This document shows, piece after piece, positions 38,007-47,763 of a DNA stretch of 64,000 bases. The stretch's first letter is position 1. Each line of letters begins with the position of its first letter. Source of the stretch: Terriglobia bacterium (GTDB lineage: Bacteria; Acidobacteriota; Terriglobia; 20CM-2-55-15); NCBI GenBank assembly GCA_965218585.1, contig CBDCLE010000005.1:136320-200319 (forward strand), written 5' to 3'. A program made the position numbers and the translations under genes. Below the pieces are notes generated by a model, which worked only from the letters and a program-made list of their open reading frames with translations, searched no databases and had not been told where the DNA came from.

Positions 38007-38770
38007 TACGCCAAAGGTAGCAGGAAATAGAATACAGGCGCAGCAAACAGCAAGCTATCCACCCGATCCAGAACTCCACCATGTCCCGGCAACCGGGCGG
38101 AAGAATCCTTGACGCCCACGCTGCGCTTAATCGCCGATTCCCATAAATCACCCCCCTGTCCGACCAGTGCAGTCGCTAACGATATGAGAACCATTCCGAG
38201 ATACGGGGTTTCCAGCAACGCTGCACCAAGTCCCACCCCCACGGAGACGCTAGCGACCAGGCCGGCAATTGAGCCTTCGATCGTCTTTTTTGGACTGATT
38301 GCAGGGGCTAAACGATGCTTTCCCCAGGCCCGCCCTATGTAGTAGGCGGCTACATCGCCAGCCCATATGATTCCAAGAACGACGAACACTGCAAACCGCG
38401 GCAGGAGAATAAGAAAACCCAACAGCATGCAGGTATAGACCAGTCCCCCGACACCATCGGCGAGTCGGGCGAACGCTTCCGATACCGACTTACAGGTGAG
38501 CGCTGTTAGCAACAGAAGTCCAGTGCCGAGGAGGAGAACTCCCAGTATCGAAACCGGGGGGCCAAGAAAGGAAAGAGTGAGGGCTCCCCCCACGGGCAGG
38601 AACCAGTAGCCTGAACGGCTGACTCCCCGCAAGGCACGCAGGTCGAGGAACTCGTCCAACGCCATCACGCCCACCAACGCAATCAGGGAGGCGAAAACCC
38701 AATCAGATCCCCAATACGTGATGCCGAGCACGACAGGAACACCCGCGGCCGCGGTCAGAACCCGATTCAT
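38006..38770 (-). CDS. cdsA: Phosphatidate cytidylyltransferase
   Basis: ISPKKTIEG and GDLWESAIKRSVGVKDS..LPGHGGVLDRVDS motifs. Confidence 0.95.
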   Translation of the reverse strand: MNRVLTAAAGVPVVLGITYWGSDWVFASLIALVGVMALDEFLDLRALRGVSRSGYWFLPVGGALTLSFLGPPVSILGVLLLGTGLLLLTALTCKSVSEAFARLADGVGGLVYTCMLLGFLILLPRFAVFVVLGIIWAGDVAAYYIGRAWGKHRLAPAISPKKTIEGSIAGLVASVSVGVGLGAALLETPYLGMVLISLATALVGQGGDLWESAIKRSVGVKDSSARLPGHGGVLDRVDSLLFAAPVFYFLLPLA

Positions 38771-39603
38771 CGCGACATTCGAGCATGCACACCTCCGCTA
38801 CGGGCCGCCAAGCCGCCGTAGCGGCGCTCGCGCTTCTGAAACGCAATGATCGCCTCATAGAGGTGCTGTCGGCGGAAATCGGGCCAGAGCGTGTCTGTTA
38901 CCCAGATTTCTGAATAGGCTATTTGCCAGAGAAGAAAGTTGCTGATACGCAGTTCACCGCTAGTCCGGATCAACAGATCGGGATCCGGCAGTTTGGCGGT
39001 GTAGAGTCTGCCGACCAATTCTTCCTCCGTGATCCCGTCAAGCAACTGAGGATTGGTCCGGGCCTCGGCAAGTACTTTATTCACAGCGTTGATCAGTTCA
39101 GCGCGGCCGCTGTAGTTGAGGGCAACGTTAAAGCGAAGCCCGGTGTTTGATCGTGTGCGTTCGATGGCCGATTCGAGTTCTTGATGGATCGAGAGGCCGA
39201 GCCCGGCCGTGTCCCCCAGTGTCTCGAACCGAATGTTGTTCCTGTCCAGGTTATCGAGTTCCGTGTCGAGATATTCCCGCAGAAGCCGCATCAGTGTCTC
39301 GACTTCCCTTCTCGGACGTTTCCAGTTCTCCGTGGAGAACGCATACAGAGTCAGCGCCTCGATCCCGAGTTCGGCCGACGCTTCGAGAACATCGCGGACC
39401 GACTCGATGCCGGCACGATGACCTGCAACGCGGGGGAGGCGACGCCCTCTGGCCCAACGGCCGTTCCCGTCCATGATTATGGCGATGTGAACGGGTAGTG
39501 CTTTGGGGTCGATCAGACTGGCCACATCCTGTCCGGCATTGGACATAAGTAGGGTAATGTTACCACTTCGCCGCGATGTAGCCTGAGCCTCGGTCTCGGA
39601 CAC
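38767..39603 (-). CDS. uppS: Undecaprenyl diphosphate synthase
   Basis: HIAIIMDGNGRWA, YAFSTENWKRP and IRTSGELRISNFLLWQ motifs. The start could be ATG 39546. Confidence 0.96.
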   Translation of the reverse strand: MSETEAQATSRRSGNITLLMSNAGQDVASLIDPKALPVHIAIIMDGNGRWARGRRLPRVAGHRAGIESVRDVLEASAELGIEALTLYAFSTENWKRPRREVETLMRLLREYLDTELDNLDRNNIRFETLGDTAGLGLSIHQELESAIERTRSNTGLRFNVALNYSGRAELINAVNKVLAEARTNPQLLDGITEEELVGRLYTAKLPDPDLLIRTSGELRISNFLLWQIAYSEIWVTDTLWPDFRRQHLYEAIIAFQKRERRYGGLAARSGGVHARMSR

Positions 39604-39631
39604 TTCTATCGGGAATCCCCGAAGCGGCGAG

Positions 39632-40366
39632 TTAGTAGTCGACCCCTATCAGGTGAAGACCTTTTGCGGGAGCGGTAGGGCCAGATCTCTGCCGGTCTCT
39701 GGCCTCGAGGATGGCAGGGATCTCCTCGGGGTCCACTTGTCCCTTCCCGACTTTGATCAGGGTGCCGACGATCGTTCGGACCATATGTTGCAGAAAACCG
39801 TTGGCCCGAATCCGGAAGATCCATTCGTCCCCGATCTGCTCCCAGAGCGCCTCATACACTTCGCGGGTGTGGGTCTTCTTGGTGGTTTCTGAAGACGAAA
39901 AGGACGTGAAGTCATGGCGTCCGACAAAGTGTGTCGTTGCACGGTCGATTTTCTCGGCGTCGAGATATTGCCAGATCGAATGCACATAGCGGACATGGAA
40001 GGGGGAAACTACGGTCGATCTCCATATGTGGTACTCGTAGGTCTTCGAGCGTGCCGAACCCCGAGCGTGGAAATCCGCAGAGACTTCTTCGACCGCAGTC
40101 ACCCGAATGTCGGGTGGCAGCAAAGCGTTCACTCCGCGATGGAATGCATCGGTGTCTATGGCCCTTTCGGTCTCAAGATGGGCGACCTGCCCGTGCGCGT
40201 GGACACCAGCGTCTGTGCGACCCGAGGCATAGGTCGTGATTTCGTGGTCCAGAATCCCTTCAAGAGCTCGTTCCAGTTTTTCCTGAATCGTTGGGACACC
40301 GGGCTGGGACTGCCATCCGTGATACCAGGTGCCATCGTAGGCAAGAGTTAACTTGAGCTTTCGCAT
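39632..40366 (-). CDS. truA: tRNA pseudouridine(38-40) synthase
   Basis: AYDGTWYHGWQ, SGRTDAGVHA, FLQHMVR and TAPAKGL motifs. Confidence 0.96.
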   Translation of the reverse strand: MRKLKLTLAYDGTWYHGWQSQPGVPTIQEKLERALEGILDHEITTYASGRTDAGVHAHGQVAHLETERAIDTDAFHRGVNALLPPDIRVTAVEEVSADFHARGSARSKTYEYHIWRSTVVSPFHVRYVHSIWQYLDAEKIDRATTHFVGRHDFTSFSSSETTKKTHTREVYEALWEQIGDEWIFRIRANGFLQHMVRTIVGTLIKVGKGQVDPEEIPAILEARDRQRSGPTAPAKGLHLIGVDY

Positions 40367-40473
40367 GGGCGGGGGCCTGCCAGAGGCGACGCACTATACC
40401 ATAAGTCCCGAGAGCGATTTCCGAAGGGTCCACCTGCTATAGAGAGGCTCGGCTTGTTCTGTATACTGCGTGA

Positions 40474-41310
40474 GTGGAACTGGTCATTGCACTTCTGTTT
40501 GGACTCTGCATAGGGAGTTTTCTGAACGTGTGCATTGCACGCCTGCCACTGGATATTTCCATCGTCAGCCCGCGTTCCCGATGCCCGAAATGTGAAAGAC
40601 TGATCGCCTGGTACGACAACATCCCGCTGTTGAGTTACGCGTTGCTCGGGGGGAGGTGCCGGAAATGCCGCACTTCGATCTCGCTCCGATACCCCGGTGT
40701 TGAAGGTCTGACTGGGATCATCAGTGTCCTGCTTGTTCCGCAGTATGGGATTAGCCCTTCGTGGGCCGTCTACCTTCTGTTTTCCGCATCGATGATCGTT
40801 CTCGTCTTGATCGACCTGGACCACCGCATTCTTCCCGACGTCATAACGCTCAATGGTATTTGGATTGGAATACTGCTAATGCTCTATTTGGCCTCTCCCA
40901 ATCCGTTTGCAGCAAGGCTGTATACCTTCGCGGGCCTGGGAGTATCGAATCCATACCTTCTTGCCTTCACTGGCAGTCTGGCTGGCGTGGCGTTTGGCGG
41001 CGGACTGCTCTGGTTTGTCAGGGAGGCCTTCTTTCGCCTCCGTGGAGTCGAGGGAATGGGTTTCGGTGACGTCAAGATGATGGCTATGGTGGGGGCTTTC
41101 CTCGGTTTACCGCTCACGCTGCTGACGATTCTGCTGGGTTCGGTCCTCGGCTCCGTCATCGGAATTGTCGTCATCAAGGTCTTTGGAAAGGGGCGAGACT
41201 ACGAACTTCCCTTCGGAACTTTCCTGGGTGGAGGAGCCATCGTTGCACTGCTCTATGGCGACTGGCTTATCCGACTGTATCTGGAGAACTTCTTTCCTGT
41301 TGCACCTTAG
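40474..41310 (+). CDS. pilD: Prepilin peptidase (A24)
   Basis: GSFLNVCIARLP, two CxxC motifs, IDLDH, GMGFGDVK and LPFGTFL. Confidence 0.93.
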   Translation: MELVIALLFGLCIGSFLNVCIARLPLDISIVSPRSRCPKCERLIAWYDNIPLLSYALLGGRCRKCRTSISLRYPGVEGLTGIISVLLVPQYGISPSWAVYLLFSASMIVLVLIDLDHRILPDVITLNGIWIGILLMLYLASPNPFAARLYTFAGLGVSNPYLLAFTGSLAGVAFGGGLLWFVREAFFRLRGVEGMGFGDVKMMAMVGAFLGLPLTLLTILLGSVLGSVIGIVVIKVFGKGRDYELPFGTFLGGGAIVALLYGDWLIRLYLENFFPVAP

Positions 41311-41373
41311 TGGCCCGTCCCCACAATGGCGCGATTGATCCCGAACATGGCGAAGAATCAGGTCCCAGCCTTT

Positions 41374-42096
41374 CTATGCGGGTTTCTCACCCCAATGTAA
41401 GGCGGCGATACCTCCCGTAAGATTTCTATATCGGACGTTCTTGAAACCGATCGTCTCAACGATCCGTGCGAGGTCGGGCTGATCGGGAAAGCGCCCTACG
41501 GATTCGGGTAGATACTGGTAGGGGCCCTCACTGCCTGAAATCCAGGTGCCAAGGCGCGGGAGGACATGACGGAAATAGAAGGCGAAGACCGATCGAAAGA
41601 TCGGCACCACGGGCTGGGAGAATTCCAGGATGATCAGGCTTCCGCCGGGTTCGAGGACGCGGAACATTTCGGTCAATCCAGACTCGATGATCTCAACGTT
41701 ACGCAGGCCGAAGGCTACGGTCACAAAACGAAACGACTGATCCCGAAACGGGAGGGCGAGGGCATCCGCACCGGTCAATGCTGTTCGTGATTCATGCCCG
41801 CTCTTTTTCAGTTTCTCCTGTGCGTGGAGCAGCATGGGATGTGAGAAGTCGGCTCCCACGACTTCAATGCCTAGTCGCTTTTGGATTTCCAGCAGCAAAT
41901 CCCCAGTACCGGTGCAGAGATCGAGGCATGCGCCAGTCGGAGTGGGTTGGATCGATTCGATCAGCCGGACCGTATTCCGGCGCCACCGCCGGTCGATGGA
42001 AAGGGAGAGCAGGCGGTTGAGCAGGTCGTACCGATCGGCGATTTCGCCAAACATCTTCTGGACGGTGGGACCGGGGGGAGCCCGGTACACGTCCAT
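41374..42096 (-). CDS. ubiE: UbiE/MenG demethylmenaquinone methyltransferase
   Basis: MFGEIADRYDLLNRLLS, LDLCTGTGD, AFGLRNV and YLPESV motifs. Confidence 0.92.
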   Translation of the reverse strand: MDVYRAPPGPTVQKMFGEIADRYDLLNRLLSLSIDRRWRRNTVRLIESIQPTPTGACLDLCTGTGDLLLEIQKRLGIEVVGADFSHPMLLHAQEKLKKSGHESRTALTGADALALPFRDQSFRFVTVAFGLRNVEIIESGLTEMFRVLEPGGSLIILEFSQPVVPIFRSVFAFYFRHVLPRLGTWISGSEGPYQYLPESVGRFPDQPDLARIVETIGFKNVRYRNLTGGIAALHWGEKPA

Positions 42097-43157
42097 CAGG
42101 AGAGGCCCCGCAGAACTTTACGAACGAGCTTTGGAGGGACGCCCGCTTCCATTTCGACCTTTCCTATTCTATGAGGCAGCACGAAGTGCAGTTGCCCGTT
42201 CCGAATCTTCTTGTCGTGTTGCATCGACTGCATCATTTCCTTCATGGGAAGGTGCGCGATCGAAGGCAGGCTTCCGATCGAGCGGATTCCATCTTCAATC
42301 CTGGCCGCCTCTTCCTCGCCGATCCGGCCCAGTCCTTCGGCGATCCGCGTAGCTCCGATCATGCCTTGGCCGACAGCTTCCCCGTGCATGATCCTGCGGT
42401 AGTTTGATGCGGCTTCGATCGCATGGCCGAGCGTGTGGCCGAAGTTCAGAATACGGCGCAGGCCACCTTCCTTTTCGTCTGCGCGTACGACGTTGGCTTT
42501 GATCCGAAGACACCTGTAGACGAGGTCCTCCAGAACCGACGGGTCCCTGCCAAGAATTTCCGGAGAGTGCTTTTCAAATTGCTGGAAGAGTTTCCTGTCC
42601 CGAATGACGCCGTACTTCAGAGCTTCCCAGAGTCCGCTTCGATACACGCGCTGTGGGAGTGAGGAAAGCAGAGTTGGATCGGCAATGACCACCCTGGGTT
42701 GATGAAATGTTCCAATGAGGTTCTTGCCTGCCGGATGGTTGACGCCGGTCTTTCCTCCGACGCTGGAATCCACCTGAGCCAGTAGGGTTGTCGGGACCTG
42801 CACGACGCGTATGCCGCGCAGATAGATGGAAGCCGCAAAGCCGGCAACGTCGCCCACAACGCCGCCTCCAAGTGCGATGAGGGTCGACCCCCTGGTCAGC
42901 CGCAGTTCCAGCATCCGATCAAGGATCCGGCTCACCGTTCGAAGCGTCTTGGCGCGTTCCCCTTCTGCGATCGTGACAATCGGACTTCGACCCAACGGCT
43001 GTTTTTCGACGTGGCGAAGCACTTTTTCCTGGGAGACCACTAGATACGGAGGGCCGATGCCCACGTTGTCGAGGTGGGTCATCAGGTCCATATACGCGCC
43101 GGCACTTACCAGAATGTCAGACCGGGACGTCTTCAGCTTTAGATGGATATTCTTCAT
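42096..43157 (-). CDS. aroB: 3-dehydroquinate synthase
   Basis: ALGGGVVGD, PTTLLAQVDSSVGGKTGVN and LNFGHTLGHAIE motifs. Confidence 0.97.
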   Translation of the reverse strand: MKNIHLKLKTSRSDILVSAGAYMDLMTHLDNVGIGPPYLVVSQEKVLRHVEKQPLGRSPIVTIAEGERAKTLRTVSRILDRMLELRLTRGSTLIALGGGVVGDVAGFAASIYLRGIRVVQVPTTLLAQVDSSVGGKTGVNHPAGKNLIGTFHQPRVVIADPTLLSSLPQRVYRSGLWEALKYGVIRDRKLFQQFEKHSPEILGRDPSVLEDLVYRCLRIKANVVRADEKEGGLRRILNFGHTLGHAIEAASNYRRIMHGEAVGQGMIGATRIAEGLGRIGEEEAARIEDGIRSIGSLPSIAHLPMKEMMQSMQHDKKIRNGQLHFVLPHRIGKVEMEAGVPPKLVRKVLRGLS

Positions 43158-43167
43158 TCCACAAACG

Positions 43168-43197
43168 AAACGGGCGGCCAGTGGGCCGCCCGTTTAT
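43168..43197 (-). terminator. Rho-independent-like terminator hairpin after the S41 protease gene
   Basis: AAACGGGCGGCC-loop-GGCCGCCCGTTT; T-rich sequence follows on the minus strand. Confidence 0.6.
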
Positions 43198-43227
43198 GGA
43201 TCCAGATAAGCTCTGGGGACTTGTTGA

Positions 43228-44820
43228 CTACCGTCGTTGGGCCATCGCGCTGCGCGCTCTCGCGGCCAGGTCTCTCGCTTCGGGCATCAGTTCGAGAGCC
43301 GCCAGTACCTGTTGATCCCCGCTGAGAAGAAACCGAGTGGCGTCCGACACCCCAAGACGGCTATAGAAGACTTCGTATTTGATCTTCAGCTCTACGTAGT
43401 CCCTGTTTTCCGCAACAGCCGATTCACTGACCTCGATGCCTCTTTCCCTGACGTGTGCGATGAAATCGGCGAGCATCTCGTCGGTGACCTCAAACGACGC
43501 ATCGACCGGAGGATTGTCCTCCAGGTAATCCTGGACATACGTGTAAAAAACGAACCGCTTGTCCATAAGATCCTGGACCTCGTTCAACTCACCCATTTCG
43601 GCGATCTGATCGGGAGTGATGCCGCCACCGCCATAGACAACCCGTCCCAGATCCGAATACTTGATGTCCTCGTCGGAAGGCGCTCGTTCGTCGCTGATCT
43701 GGTTGTAATATTCGAATTCAGAAATTTCCGAATAGTCCCGCTGAATCAGCCGACCGCTTGGCGTATACCATTTCTGCGTCGTGAGTGCGAGTCCGGCCCG
43801 CTTGTTCAACGGAAAGACGGACTGGACCAGACCCTTGCCAAAACTGGTTTCGCCCACGATGAGACCTCTGTCGTGGTCTTGAATGGCGCCGGCGACGATT
43901 TCAGAGGCGCTGGCGCTCTGTCGGTTGATCAAAACCACGAGCGGGTAAAGGTTCTCGTTGTTCACACGCTGCGAGGAATACGGGCGATTAGATCCACGCG
44001 TCCGGCCACGAGTCTCAACGATCATCTGATCCTTCTGGAGAAACGTTTCAGAGACGTCAATTGCCTGCTGCAGAAGTCCGCCTGGATTGCCGCGCAGATC
44101 TAGAACGAGCCCCTCCAGATTACCGGAGTCGAGGTCTCTGAGAGCCGCCCGGAGCTCACTTCCCGTGGTCTCCGCAAAACTATCCAGTTTGATGTAGCCG
44201 ATACCGTCCCGAATGTGGAACGCGCTGCTGATCGTAAACTTGGCGATTTCGTCGCGGACGATAGAGATCTCCAAGGGCTCTTCCACGCCCGGGCGGGCGA
44301 TGGTCACATCAACAGGCGTACCCTTGGGGCCCTTGAGTTTACCGACCACGGCATTGAGATCGTCTCCTTCGGTGGATTCGCCATTCACGTGACTGATGAC
44401 ATCGCCAACACGAAGACCCACCTTTTCAGCCGGTGCGCCTGGGGACGGGGGGGAGACAACGGTGACCTTTCCGAAACGACTGCTCACCGTGATGCCGAGA
44501 CCGAAATAGCGTCCCTGCTGATCTTGCCGAAGCTGCGTGAAATCTGAAGGAGAGAAAAACTTCGAATGCGGGTCCAGTGTCCGGAGCATGCCGTCAATCG
44601 CTCCGTAAACAGCCGTTTCCGGGCTCACTTCCGTGGCGTGGTTTTCTTCAACCAGGCTGAGCAACGCGGTAAAAATCTTCAGGGCGTCTTCGAGGTCGGC
44701 CTCGACTTCCTCAGCCCGGGCCCTCGCCTCTACCTGTGTGCCGTACAGGCCTCCAAAAAGCGCCGTCGCCGTTAGAATAGCTGTCCAGAAGAGTACTGCC
44801 CGAGACGGTCTTAGCTTCAT
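43228..44820 (-). CDS. S41 family carboxyl-terminal processing protease (CtpA-like)
   Basis: LDPHS, PDZ domain, LDLRGNPGG, SASASEIVAGA and SFGKGLVQ motifs. Confidence 0.93.
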   Translation of the reverse strand: MKLRPSRAVLFWTAILTATALFGGLYGTQVEARARAEEVEADLEDALKIFTALLSLVEENHATEVSPETAVYGAIDGMLRTLDPHSKFFSPSDFTQLRQDQQGRYFGLGITVSSRFGKVTVVSPPSPGAPAEKVGLRVGDVISHVNGESTEGDDLNAVVGKLKGPKGTPVDVTIARPGVEEPLEISIVRDEIAKFTISSAFHIRDGIGYIKLDSFAETTGSELRAALRDLDSGNLEGLVLDLRGNPGGLLQQAIDVSETFLQKDQMIVETRGRTRGSNRPYSSQRVNNENLYPLVVLINRQSASASEIVAGAIQDHDRGLIVGETSFGKGLVQSVFPLNKRAGLALTTQKWYTPSGRLIQRDYSEISEFEYYNQISDERAPSDEDIKYSDLGRVVYGGGGITPDQIAEMGELNEVQDLMDKRFVFYTYVQDYLEDNPPVDASFEVTDEMLADFIAHVRERGIEVSESAVAENRDYVELKIKYEVFYSRLGVSDATRFLLSGDQQVLAALELMPEARDLAARARSAMAQRR

Positions 44821-44945
44821 TTGAGCTCCTTCACGAAACGATTGTTGCGATTATAACAAAAGGTCTTGAGGAAATTCGAGGAACAAAACCTTTATTTTGT
44901 ATGAATCACGGGCGAAAGCCCTCCTTCTGGCAGAGGAACTTTGCG

Positions 44946-44975
44946 TTGACGCAATTTCACCGCAGCCGCTATCAT
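44946..44975 (+). promoter_or_regulatory. Sigma70-type promoter for tat genes
   Basis: TTGACG-N18-TATCAT upstream of GGAGG RBS and ATG 45008. Confidence 0.55.
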
Positions 44976-45007
44976 GAATTGATCTGACGATTGGAGGAAC
45001 CTTATCA

Positions 45008-45367
45008 ATGGGCCAACTGGGTTTTCAGGAGCTACTGGTAATCTTCATCATCGCACTCCTGGTTTTCGGACCAAAGAAGTTACCTGAGCTTGGAAAATCC
45101 CTCGGTAAAGGGCTCCGGGAATTCAAACGTGCCACCAACGACTTGAAGTCGACCTGGGACGACCAGCTGAAAGACGCCGAAAGCGAGATCTCCAGTACAA
45201 CGAAGGATTTTCGCGATATCCAGAAGGACCTCAACAAGACCATGCGAGAGGCAAACCAGGCTGATCCTCCCGCGCCTTCTTCGCCAGAAAGTCCCGAATC
45301 GGTTTCCGAACCCGAGGCTCCCCCGGAAACTACCCCCCCCGAGACGCCCTCCCAGAAGCCTTCATAG
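45008..45367 (+). CDS. tatA: Twin-arginine translocase TatA/TatB subunit
   Basis: ELLVIFIIALLVFGPKKLPELGKSLGKGLREFK. Its position before tatC means TatB cannot be excluded. Confidence 0.85.
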   Translation: MGQLGFQELLVIFIIALLVFGPKKLPELGKSLGKGLREFKRATNDLKSTWDDQLKDAESEISSTTKDFRDIQKDLNKTMREANQADPPAPSSPESPESVSEPEAPPETTPPETPSQKPS

Positions 45368-46126
45368 ATGGCCGTTACGCCGCCAGTAGAATCCAAGGCA
45401 GCCGAACTTACCGGGGAAATGTCGTTCCTCGACCACCTCGAGGAACTGCGTCAGCGCATCTTTCGAATGTTGATTGCTATCGCAGTCACTTTCCTAGCGT
45501 GCTGGGCCTTTGTCGATGAGATTTACAAAATCATCGCGAGACCGATCCTCGAAGCACTCCAGGACCAGCCGCTCGTATTCATCAGCCCGACACAACCGTT
45601 CAGTCTCTTCATACGAGTGGCCTTTGTCGCAGCTCTTTTTTTGGCGTCGCCATTCATTCTCGCGCAACTCTGGCTTTTCATTGCGCCGGGTATGTACAAG
45701 CATGAACGGCGGTACGCGATTCCCTTCGTTTTGTCCGGAAGTGTCCTGGCCATGGTAGGTGCCCTGTTTGGTTACGAAATCGCCTTTCCGTTTGCGCTGG
45801 ATTTTCTGATCAACTGGGGCAAACGCGCCGGTCTGGAAGCGATGATCGACGCGACCCGATACTTCGATCTCTTTCTCACTATTGAGCTTGGCCTGGCCGT
45901 CGTCTTTCAGATACCCCCTGTTATTTTTGTTCTGAGCCGCGTCGGATTGGTGTCTGCTGGTTTCCTGCTGCGGAACACGAAGTACGCCGTCCTGATCGCC
46001 TTCGTCGTTGCGGCGATCATCACGCCGACGGCCGACATCCCAAACATGATGATCATGGCGGGTCCGATGATCCTGCTCTATCTTGTCGGAGTCGGTGTCG
46101 CTTTCGTCTTCGGCAAACGACGGTAG
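45368..46126 (+). CDS. tatC: Twin-arginine translocase TatC
   Basis: MSFLDHLEELR, QLWLFIAPGMY, FQIP and AAIITPTAD motifs. Confidence 0.96.
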   Translation: MAVTPPVESKAAELTGEMSFLDHLEELRQRIFRMLIAIAVTFLACWAFVDEIYKIIARPILEALQDQPLVFISPTQPFSLFIRVAFVAALFLASPFILAQLWLFIAPGMYKHERRYAIPFVLSGSVLAMVGALFGYEIAFPFALDFLINWGKRAGLEAMIDATRYFDLFLTIELGLAVVFQIPPVIFVLSRVGLVSAGFLLRNTKYAVLIAFVVAAIITPTADIPNMMIMAGPMILLYLVGVGVAFVFGKRR

Positions 46127-46128
46127 AA

Positions 46129-46186
46129 ATTTAATTAGGGGACAGTGAGCAAATTCCGGAATTTGCTCACTGTCCCCTAATTAAAT
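46129..46186. repeat. 58-bp perfect palindrome of the GGGGACAG repeat family (subfamily 2); probable bidirectional terminator
   Basis: ATTTAATTAGGGGACAGTGAGCAAATTCC|GGAATTTGCTCACTGTCCCCTAATTAAAT; overlaps the M28 stop codon. Confidence 0.9.
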
Positions 46187-47090
46187 ACCCGTCGATATCC
46201 GGAAGGGCGTGATACAGGACATCTCCAATAACTTTCAGGCTGTCTCGGCTCGTCTTGTCGAGCGTATCACCCGGCGAATGCCAGTAAGGGTAGGAGAAGT
46301 CGATCAGATCGATCGCATCGATTCCCGCGTTCAGGTAGGGGACGTGATCGTCTTCGATGAGAGAAGACGTGCTTCCAAAGTACTCGCCGTATCCCAGGAC
46401 GTTGGCCCTATTCCAGATGATTGCCTTTAGCCAGTCGGTCGAAGCCCCCTCCGGAATCACTGACAGATCGGCATCGCCGATCATATCGACCAATACGAGG
46501 GCTTTCAGATCCCGGAGTGATCCGTCTTCGAAGCGGCGGGCGATGTCGTGCCGACTTCCGTACACGCTGTCAGTCGCCGTCCAGTCGAGGACGGCTTCTT
46601 CACCATCGAAGAATATGAATTCGAGATCGTTCTGAAGTTCCATCCGAGAGGTGATACGCGCCATTTCAAGGACCAATGCGGTACTGGACCCCCCGTCGTT
46701 TGCCCCGACAAAGCTGAAATCAAAGCGTTTCGTGTCGTAGTGACCCGCAACGGCAATCGATCCTTCCCCGCTCGTCCCGGGACGGATCGCGCGGATGTTG
46801 GCCATTTCTATCTCGCCGATAGGTGTGCGGGCGACGAAGGTATCCAATTGGGGTTCGAGTCCGGCAGCTTCCAGTTCCGAGACGATATAGTCCCGGGTCA
46901 TCGCCAGGTTGTCGCTTCCCGACGGGCGTGCTCCGAAGCCGACCACCGTTTCGAGGTCATTGAAAGAGCGGGTTGCATCGAACGGGGAGTCGGCTGAAGT
47001 GCCCGTCCCCGGACCCTGCAGTCCCAGCGTCAGAGCGACGACCATTACGGGTGCGCCAAATCCCAACAGCATTCTCGTGTTTTTAGACAT
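46167..47090 (-). CDS. M28 family peptidase / glutaminyl-cyclase-like protein
   Basis: AGHYDTK, GANDGGSS, FFDGEEA, DMIGD, IEDDHVP and YWH motifs. Confidence 0.88.
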   Translation of the reverse strand: MSKNTRMLLGFGAPVMVVALTLGLQGPGTGTSADSPFDATRSFNDLETVVGFGARPSGSDNLAMTRDYIVSELEAAGLEPQLDTFVARTPIGEIEMANIRAIRPGTSGEGSIAVAGHYDTKRFDFSFVGANDGGSSTALVLEMARITSRMELQNDLEFIFFDGEEAVLDWTATDSVYGSRHDIARRFEDGSLRDLKALVLVDMIGDADLSVIPEGASTDWLKAIIWNRANVLGYGEYFGSTSSLIEDDHVPYLNAGIDAIDLIDFSYPYWHSPGDTLDKTSRDSLKVIGDVLYHALPDIDGYLIRGQ

Positions 47091-47199
47091 CGACTCTTTT
47101 AGTAGTGAAACACGATAACGCTTTTGTACCGGGATGTCATGGGACTAAGATTAAGGCAGAATTAAAGGAAGCCATTAAACAAACATTGCGAGGTGCAAC

Positions 47200-47547
47200 A
47201 TGGCCTGGACCAAAGCAGAGACGATCGGATTATTCATTACGGGCGCACTCCTGGGCGTCACTGCCGGTTTCCTGTACGCTCCCCAAAGTGGCGCCCGAAC
47301 CCGAAAGCAGATTCGAAAAAAGGCACGCCGAAGCATAGAGCATCTGGACGAACTACAGGACGATATCCGTGCCCAGGTCAACGGCTGGGTTACCGACGTG
47401 ACCGAAACCCTCGACGAGGGACTCCATCAGGGCCGCCGGATCACGCTGGCCGGACAGGAAAAGGTCCTGGGTGTCTTCGACGATGCGAAGCAGTATGTTG
47501 ACGAAGGCCGATCCCGGATAGAACGACTGATCAGCCATGAAGATTGA
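47200..47547 (+). CDS. YtxH domain protein
   Basis: GALLGVTAGFLYAPQSGARTR motif. Confidence 0.85.
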   Translation: MAWTKAETIGLFITGALLGVTAGFLYAPQSGARTRKQIRKKARRSIEHLDELQDDIRAQVNGWVTDVTETLDEGLHQGRRITLAGQEKVLGVFDDAKQYVDEGRSRIERLISHED

Positions 47548-47574
47548 GGTCGTAGAACCTCGAAGGGATGAGAG

Positions 47575-47647
47575 TGGACGGTAAGGGGATCGAACCCTCG
47601 ACCTCGGCGTTGCGAACGCCGCGCTCTCCCAACTGAGCTAACCGCCC
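47575..47647 (-). tRNA. tRNA-Ala(CGC), CCA not encoded
   Basis: GGGCGGTTAGCTCAGTTGGGAGAGCG...TT-CGC-AA...GGTTCGATCCCCTTACCGTCCA; cloverleaf with the G3:U70 alanine identity pair. Confidence 0.95.
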
Positions 47648-47693
47648 GTTCCGGAAATCGGTTTCCGTAACCGATTTCCCTTCTCACTGAAAA

Positions 47694-47722
47694 ATTAAAG
47701 CACCTGCATCAAGACCTGTCAA
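47694..47722 (-). promoter_or_regulatory. Sigma70 promoter of tRNA-Ala
   Basis: Minus strand TTGACA-N17-TTTAAT with a TG extension. Confidence 0.75.
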
Positions 47723-47763
47723 TTTGAGCAGACCTCGGTTCACATTGTGCTACTCTGGGCCCG

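Noticed and set aside
47548-47647. tRNA-Ala as an integration site for an island or prophage
   Set aside because: No integrase and no duplicated tRNA 3' end were seen; the flanking genes are ordinary.
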